A stretch of DNA of 64,000 nt from Octopus vulgaris. Its lineage: Eukaryota. Position numbers and translations under genes: made by a program. Positions 57,259 through 64,000 of the stretch are shown here, in pieces. Where the stretch lies: positions 50,592,001 to 50,656,000 of the forward strand of contig OX597833.1 of the NCBI GenBank assembly GCA_951406725.2, written 5' to 3'. The notes under the pieces were generated by a model, which saw only the letters and a list, made by a program, of their open reading frames with translations, was not told the DNA's origin and ran no database searches. Positions within the stretch are counted from its first letter, which is position 1, and each line of letters starts with the position of its first letter.

Positions 57259-57535
57259 ACAAAGACCTGGAATCTAAAAACAGAAACAATTCCTATCATA
57301 GTAGGTGCATTAGGCATGATAAAAAAATATTCAGACAAATACATAACAAAAACACCAGGACTTACAAACACATATAACATACAGAAAATTGCACTACTAG
57401 GCACTGCACACATCCTACGCAGAACACTTTCCATACAATAACCATCAGAGCATCACAACAAATCACAGCACATACCCAGGGCACACAGAGCTGCACTCGG
57501 TAGTGAAGTGAAAACACGCTATAAAAATTAAACTA

Positions 57536-57540
<5 letters not shown>
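57259..57540 (+). mobile_element. Second 5'-truncated R4/Dong copy within (TAA)n
   Basis: WNLKTETIPIIVGALGMIKKYSDKYITKTPGLTNTYNIQKIALLGTAHILRRTLSIQ*; near-identical to 12647-12920; ends aactactgaa|taataa. Confidence 0.9.
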
Positions 57541-57616
<76 letters not shown>

Positions 57617-58051
57617 CGTAATGTTGATTATTTCTCTTATTGAGAGAAATTGTTGTCCAGATATGAAGGACAATATCAAGGGAGGAGTTACAACAAACAA
57701 AAACAAAAGCAGGTGTAGCTTACATCGATGAAAGGGAGACACTGCCACGTTAAAAGATGTAACAAAGGATATATAATAGAAATTAGAGAAATAAATAATT
57801 AATAAATAATTAGAGTTCCCAATAGCGGGTCAGTCCACTTAGGGTATTCCGGGGTAAACCCCATGGAAAAGTCCCGGAATACTCAGCCATCCCCAAATCT
57901 TGGTAAGGTGCCCTCTTCCAGTTTCTTTCCTCCTACTTAGAAAAGCAGACTCAATGTTGATCCGTTCAGTCTCACCAGTCTTGCCACCCTCGTCCACCTT
58001 TCGATTAACACCCTAGAAAGCAGCACCTACCTCTATACCTACATGTTCCTC

Positions 58052-58205
58052 TTGATTACATTGACCCCAGTGTTTCGCTGATACTTTATTTATCGACCCG
58101 GAAAAGACGGAAGGCAAAGTGGACCTCCGCGGAATTTGAACTCGGAATGTAAGAACGGACGAAATGCCGCCAAGCATTTTGTCCGGCATGCAGACGATTC
58201 TACCA
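58052..58205 (-). mobile_element. SINE family C, diverged
   Basis: Reverse complement of the family C body. Confidence 0.75.
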
Positions 58206-58284
58206 TTAGGAAAATAATAATAATGAAATGAAGAAAAAAAAAGAAGTATAACACCACCACCACCTCCACACCACCAACAACGAT

Positions 58285-58285
<1 letters not shown>

Positions 58286-58353
<68 letters not shown>

Positions 58354-58382
58354 TAGTAGTGGTAGTAGTAGTAGTGGTAGTG

Positions 58383-58424
<42 letters not shown>

Positions 58425-58425
58425 A

Positions 58426-58476
<51 letters not shown>
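58286..58476. repeat. (TAG)n microsatellite
   Basis: Direct inspection. Confidence 0.95.
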
Positions 58477-58477
<1 letters not shown>

Positions 58478-59063
58478 TACCGAGAAGGATAAAAATTGAT
58501 GATAGTTTTATTGACAAAGCTATGAAATTGAAATATCAGCGATGAGAATTCTTTGTTGTTTGAGATTAAGTCTGATGGAGGAGACCCTTTAATCACAAGC
58601 ACTCTGTCCTAATAGTGCTGGCTTTTCGAACGAATGAAGAGCATCAAGGTCACAGCATCCAGTACATCTTTATTTTTAGTTTTTCTAGAGGCAGTAGAAT
58701 TTATTATGAAATGTAAGTGAATGATAATTTAGCAGGATTAACGACTGCGTTAGAGGCTTACTCTTGTCGTTGCGTAGAGACTTATACTGGTTAGCGGTTG
58801 ACTAACATTTGTTGATATTGTAAAAAAAAATCCATTGCTGTTACTTAATTGGCAGCTCAACGTTGATCAACCAGATATATGATGAAAGGAATCTCATCAT
58901 TGACAGTATCATTTTTGAACCAGACTGAATATTGATCTTGCTCTTTCTTTGATATTTGTGTCTATGGTGACGATGTTATTGTTTTAGTGATGACATCTAT
59001 AATGTCAATAGTAGTAGTAGTAGTAGTAGCTGCAGCAGCAGCAGCAGCAGTAGCAGCAGCAGC

Positions 59064-59119
<56 letters not shown>

Positions 59120-59187
59120 AACTATTATAAGGGTACGCGTGTCAGTGGAGTATTCGGCCACTTGCACGTTAATTTCACGAGTAAGCT

Positions 59188-59243
<56 letters not shown>

Positions 59244-59492
59244 ATGCATGCACACCTCACTACCCATGGGAAACTTGTGTCACGTCTCATCTCAACTCAT
59301 CAGTGAAAGCTTTCACCCGAAGTCTTTACATGATCGCTTGTCTTGTCTGGTTGGAACGCTTAAAAATTAGTAATTTTAAGCAAGGCAGGACACGTTAGAT
59401 AATACACTCCTTGATACACTGTGCCTGAAATAAAAGAGGGTCTTGTTATGGTAAGAAATACCTTTGATATTAGGTATCCTCTATCAAACATG

Positions 59493-59812
59493 GTGGAGGC
59501 GCAATGGCCCAGTTGTTAGGGCAGCGGACTCGCGGTCGGAGGATCGCGGTTTCGATTCCCAGACCGAGCGTTGTATGTGTTTATTGAGCGAAAACACCTA
59601 AAAGCTCCACGAGGCTCCGGCAGGGAGTGGTGGCGACCCCTGTTGTACTCTTTCGCCCCAATTTTCTCTCACTCTTTCTTTCTGTTTCTTGAGTAACACT
59701 GCAATGGACTGACGTCCTGTTCAGCTGAGCAGGAACTCATACGCCACAGAAACCAGGAAACCGGGCCCATGAGCCTGGCTAGGCTTGAAAATGGCGCATA
59801 AATAAAAACAAA
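59493..59812 (+). mobile_element. SINE family B, full length
   Basis: Complete head, body and tail; TSD atcaaacatg at 59483-59492 and 59813-59822. Confidence 0.9.
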
Positions 59813-59899
59813 ATCAAACATGATCCGAGATTTATCAACAGACAACCATTTCTAGACTACACCACACCATTTTCCTATTGACGTTATGCTTTAGTATAC

Positions 59900-60770
59900 T
59901 CTCATCTCACCTCCACCGACCCACCTACCACAACCATCACCATCACCATCACCATGACCAGCATTAGAATTACTGCCAACATCAATCAAGGCTAGTAGCA
60001 CGACCACAACTTTCATCACTTCTACCACATGTGTCACACCATCATCCCTAATGCCACCGCCAGCAGTAACACCACCACCACCACCACCACCACCACCACT
60101 ATCACTATTACTACCAGCGCCTCTAGCACCACCACGACTACACCCACCACCGCAAACATCATCCCTACTGCCACTAACATCAACACTACCACCGCCACCT
60201 CTACCACTGCCACCCTCGCAACCGCCGCCGCCGTCACAACTACTACCTCTACCATCACCCCAACTACCACCGCCGCTAACCAACATCAAAATCATCCAAA
60301 ACCACCATCAACTACACCAACACAAGCACCAACACACCTCCAACACATATACAACACCACCGACAACAATACAAACATCACCATCCAACACATATACAAC
60401 ACCACCGACCACATCTAACAGTAACACGACCATCATCACCCCCACCACCATTAATACAAACACAAACCCCGACACCAACACAAAATTCAAACACAAACAC
60501 CGTCACCATCGCCACCATCACCACCACCACCACTTCCACCAATAGAAACACAAACACTAACGCCACCTACAACCACCACCACCACCACCACCACCACCAC
60601 CACCACCACCAACACCACCAACACCAACACCACCACCACCACCACCACCACCACCACCACCACCACCACCACCACCACCACCACCACCACCGCCGCCGCC
60701 ACCACCACCACCACCACCACCACCACCGCCGCCGCCGCCTCCGCTGCCATCACCACCGCCACCACCACTC
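59900..60770. repeat. Degenerate (CCA)n/(ACC)n low-complexity tract
   Basis: Open in several frames on both strands with homopolymeric translations; internal duplication of about 45 bp at 60336-60412. Confidence 0.85.
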
Positions 60771-61302
60771 TGTTACATCCCAATTTACATTCGGTTTCCC
60801 GTTTCCCTCGTCCCTTTGATCTTTCTTTTATCGTTATCCTATTTCCTGCTACTGTTATTGTTGTTGTGGTTGTTGCTGTTGTGCCGTCTTGTTGTGAGTT
60901 ATTCTTGATGCTCCTCAATAATGATGTATTGTTAGTTTTATTCTTGATATACAACAACTAGTTACGATGCGGTTGAAGTTGTCGTTGTTGTGCTGTTAGT
61001 TATTATCATTGTTGGCTCAGTGGTTAAAGTGTTAGACTCACAGTCATAATGCTGTGAGTTCGATTCGCAGACCGCATATGTGTGTTGAGTTCTTGAGCAA
61101 GACACTTTATTTCATGTTAATTCAGTTCACTCAGCTGTAGAAATGCCTATCCCTTGGATAACATCGGTGGAATGAAGTGGTGAGGCTGGTATTCATGAGC
61201 GACTAATGGACTTCCATAAAAAACCTTATCCGGACTTTTGCCTCGAGGGTAACTTTTTTTAGTGTAATCCCATTCCCATGGTCATTCATGGCCGAAGTGG
61301 GG

Positions 61303-61441
61303 TCTACTAATTCCACTCACAAGGTTTTGGTCGGCCCGAAGCAATATACGAAGACACTTGTTCAAGATGCCATGCTGTGGGACTGAACTCGGAACCATGT
61401 GGTTGGAAAGCAAGCTACTTTGCACACAGCCACTCCTGCAC
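61303..61441 (-). mobile_element. SINE family A, 5' half
   Basis: Reverse complement of the family A head. Confidence 0.8.
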
Positions 61442-61514
61442 TTATGTATAAATTTGAAAAACAAAATATTTTATGTATTGTACATAAATTTTATTGTACA
61501 TAAATTTTAACTAG

Positions 61515-61617
61515 AAAATGGACCTCCAAAGCTCATATGGACCCCCAAGGCTCATATGTACTCCAAAGGCTCGTATGGACCTCCAAAGGTCATATGAACC
61601 CCAGTTGAGAACTACCG
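61515..61617. repeat. 19-bp tandem repeat ending in a hAT-like terminus
   Basis: (atggacctccaaagctcat)-type unit about 4-5 times, then ccagttgagaactaccg, resembling hAT/Charlie TIRs. The other terminus was not found. Confidence 0.5.
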
Positions 61618-61938
61618 CTGTAGATTGTGTTTCGATGCAAATATGTAATCATCACCAAAGCTATATTTGTTCAAAGTAGAGTGTCGTAGTTGAAGTTACT
61701 GGAAAAAAATGACGTGTATGACACTGATACAGACGTGTGGAAATATGTCTTGTATTTTACGACTGGTCTTTTATTGTAGTTGTTGTTACTGTAGCTTTAT
61801 GTAATGTTGATGAATTTTTTTTATTCTCAACAAAACGCGTCATCATTCTGTATTTGTATACGAATATACATGCCATATATAGAATTCTATCTATCTATTT
61901 ATCTATCTATCTGACTGTCTGTCTGCCTGTCTGTCTGC

Positions 61939-62060
<122 letters not shown>

Positions 62061-62087
62061 CTAGCTATCTATCTAGCTATCTATCAA

Positions 62088-62118
<31 letters not shown>

Positions 62119-62215
62119 TTCTGTCTGTCTGTCTCTATATCTATGGATGTATGTATATGTGTGTATGTGTATGAGTCTCTGCGCCTTTGTTTCTCAAGCA
62201 CTTGAGCATGAATAA

Positions 62216-62256
<41 letters not shown>

Positions 62257-62356
62257 ATGCATAAATTCATGCACATGTATGTATATACAGAGAGATATGT
62301 ATATAAATAGTTAGATAGGTACATACATAGACAGACTGACAGATAGATAGATAAAC

Positions 62357-62404
<48 letters not shown>

Positions 62405-62405
62405 T

Positions 62406-62448
<43 letters not shown>

Positions 62449-62577
62449 AGAGAGCTAGATAGATTTTAGATAAATAGACAAATAGACGTAAAAATATAAG
62501 TTGCGTCTGTTCAAATATGCAAAAATATGCAGTGTCACTCCGCAATATACCCTAGTACACATACAATATGTATATGC

Positions 62578-62618
<41 letters not shown>

Positions 62619-63246
62619 TATGCATATATATATATATGTACTACGTACGTACGTATGTATTTATGTATGTATGTATGTATATGTGATGTATGTATGCAAA
62701 TACACGCACATACGCATATACATACACATAACACAGTGAAATGCAGCACCGTAAACAATTAGCTGTTAAATAGAATTTTGTCTGACAGATTACCGCCATT
62801 ATTGTCATAATTCCCCTATGATCATAGCGCAGAGCGGGTGGAGCCGCTGCAAGTAACATACCCGCCCATATACCCCCGTATACGCAGCACGCTATACATA
62901 ACTCTAATATACATTGTTTGTATAGGTTTTCCTCGCATGCCAGTCTAGTTTAACTGCTTCCTTCAACAGCGTAAAAGCATTCAGCCCTTCCTTCAAGATG
63001 GCGGTACGACGCACCCTTTTGTCTGTCAACTGAAATATTCTATCAAGACTAGCTAGCGTGGAATGTTAGCCGGAACATCAATCTATGTCAACGTTTCTAA
63101 GATCGCGATATTTATTTTATTCTTTTACAATATGTACTGCGACTGTCTAAGTGTATGTGTGTGCCCACTTGGGTATGTATACTTGCTCTCATACACACAC
63201 ATATATACTCATCTGTGTAAATGTATGTATACATATATATACATAC

Positions 63247-63296
<50 letters not shown>

Positions 63297-63297
63297 T

Positions 63298-63337
<40 letters not shown>

Positions 63338-63659
63338 CTCACACACACATATACATATATATGCGCAGACGGACACATGTATATATAGAATGTAAATACA
63401 CATTTCTATACTTGTTCATAATATGTATGCTTTTTGTTGTATACATATATGCTTTTCTGTTTGTGTGAGTCTCTACGCAAATGCGCATACATATACAGCA
63501 TAAACATACATGGAAACGTTTCCAGATTTCTTACATCTTATATTCGGCAGTACACGTGTTCACATATATGCATTCTCATACGTATGTATTTGTATGTACG
63601 AATACATGTATGCATACATGTGTGTATATGTATATACATACATATACATATATATATAT

Positions 63660-63737
<78 letters not shown>

Positions 63738-64000
63738 TACATATGTATATATTATTCAAACGAATTCCAACTCTGTTTTTTTATGTTTTATTTATATTCT
63801 TTATTATATTAATGTAGAATATAATATATATAGTATAAATAATATATATATATAGTAAAATGAAAGCATTGATTGTCTTATTGAATAGATGAAATATTGA
63901 ATATCAAATATTAAGGGACTAGTATACTTTCTTGCATTATAGCAGTCTTCATGGTCCCACGTTGTGACAGGAGTGTTTCAACTGTCCTGTCCTATACACA

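Noticed and set aside
60051-60545. Proline-rich, formin- or extensin-like ORF
   Set aside because: Translation of a degenerate (CCA)n tract, open in multiple frames on both strands, with no recognisable domain or clear splice context.

Overview
AT-rich, extremely microsatellite-dense eukaryotic DNA. The SINE repertoire and repeat landscape suggest an octopus or other coleoid cephalopod (inference). I found no credible host protein-coding exon, rRNA or bona fide tRNA. Nearly all ORFs in the track are translations of (TA)n, (CA)n, (TACA)n, (GATA)n or trinucleotide tracts, so the window reads as an intron or gene desert. It holds: (i) three SINE families in many copies; (ii) truncated non-LTR retrotransposons (R4/Dong-type in (TAA)n, L1/Tx1-type in (GATA)n, RTE-type, one CR1/L2-like fragment); (iii) three decayed Penelope-like element (PLE) fragments plus several minimal hammerhead-ribozyme motifs and fold-back hairpins, mostly next to (TA)n; (iv) two non-autonomous Helitrons and several MITEs, two carrying internal CCCTAA repeats. 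The most interesting signal is that each retroelement group seems to occupy its own microsatellite class, including an apparently (GATA)n-targeting Tx1-like LINE and a hammerhead repeat with a variant CUGUAGA core. All alignments were made by eye; boundaries are approximate unless a target-site duplication (TSD) is given.
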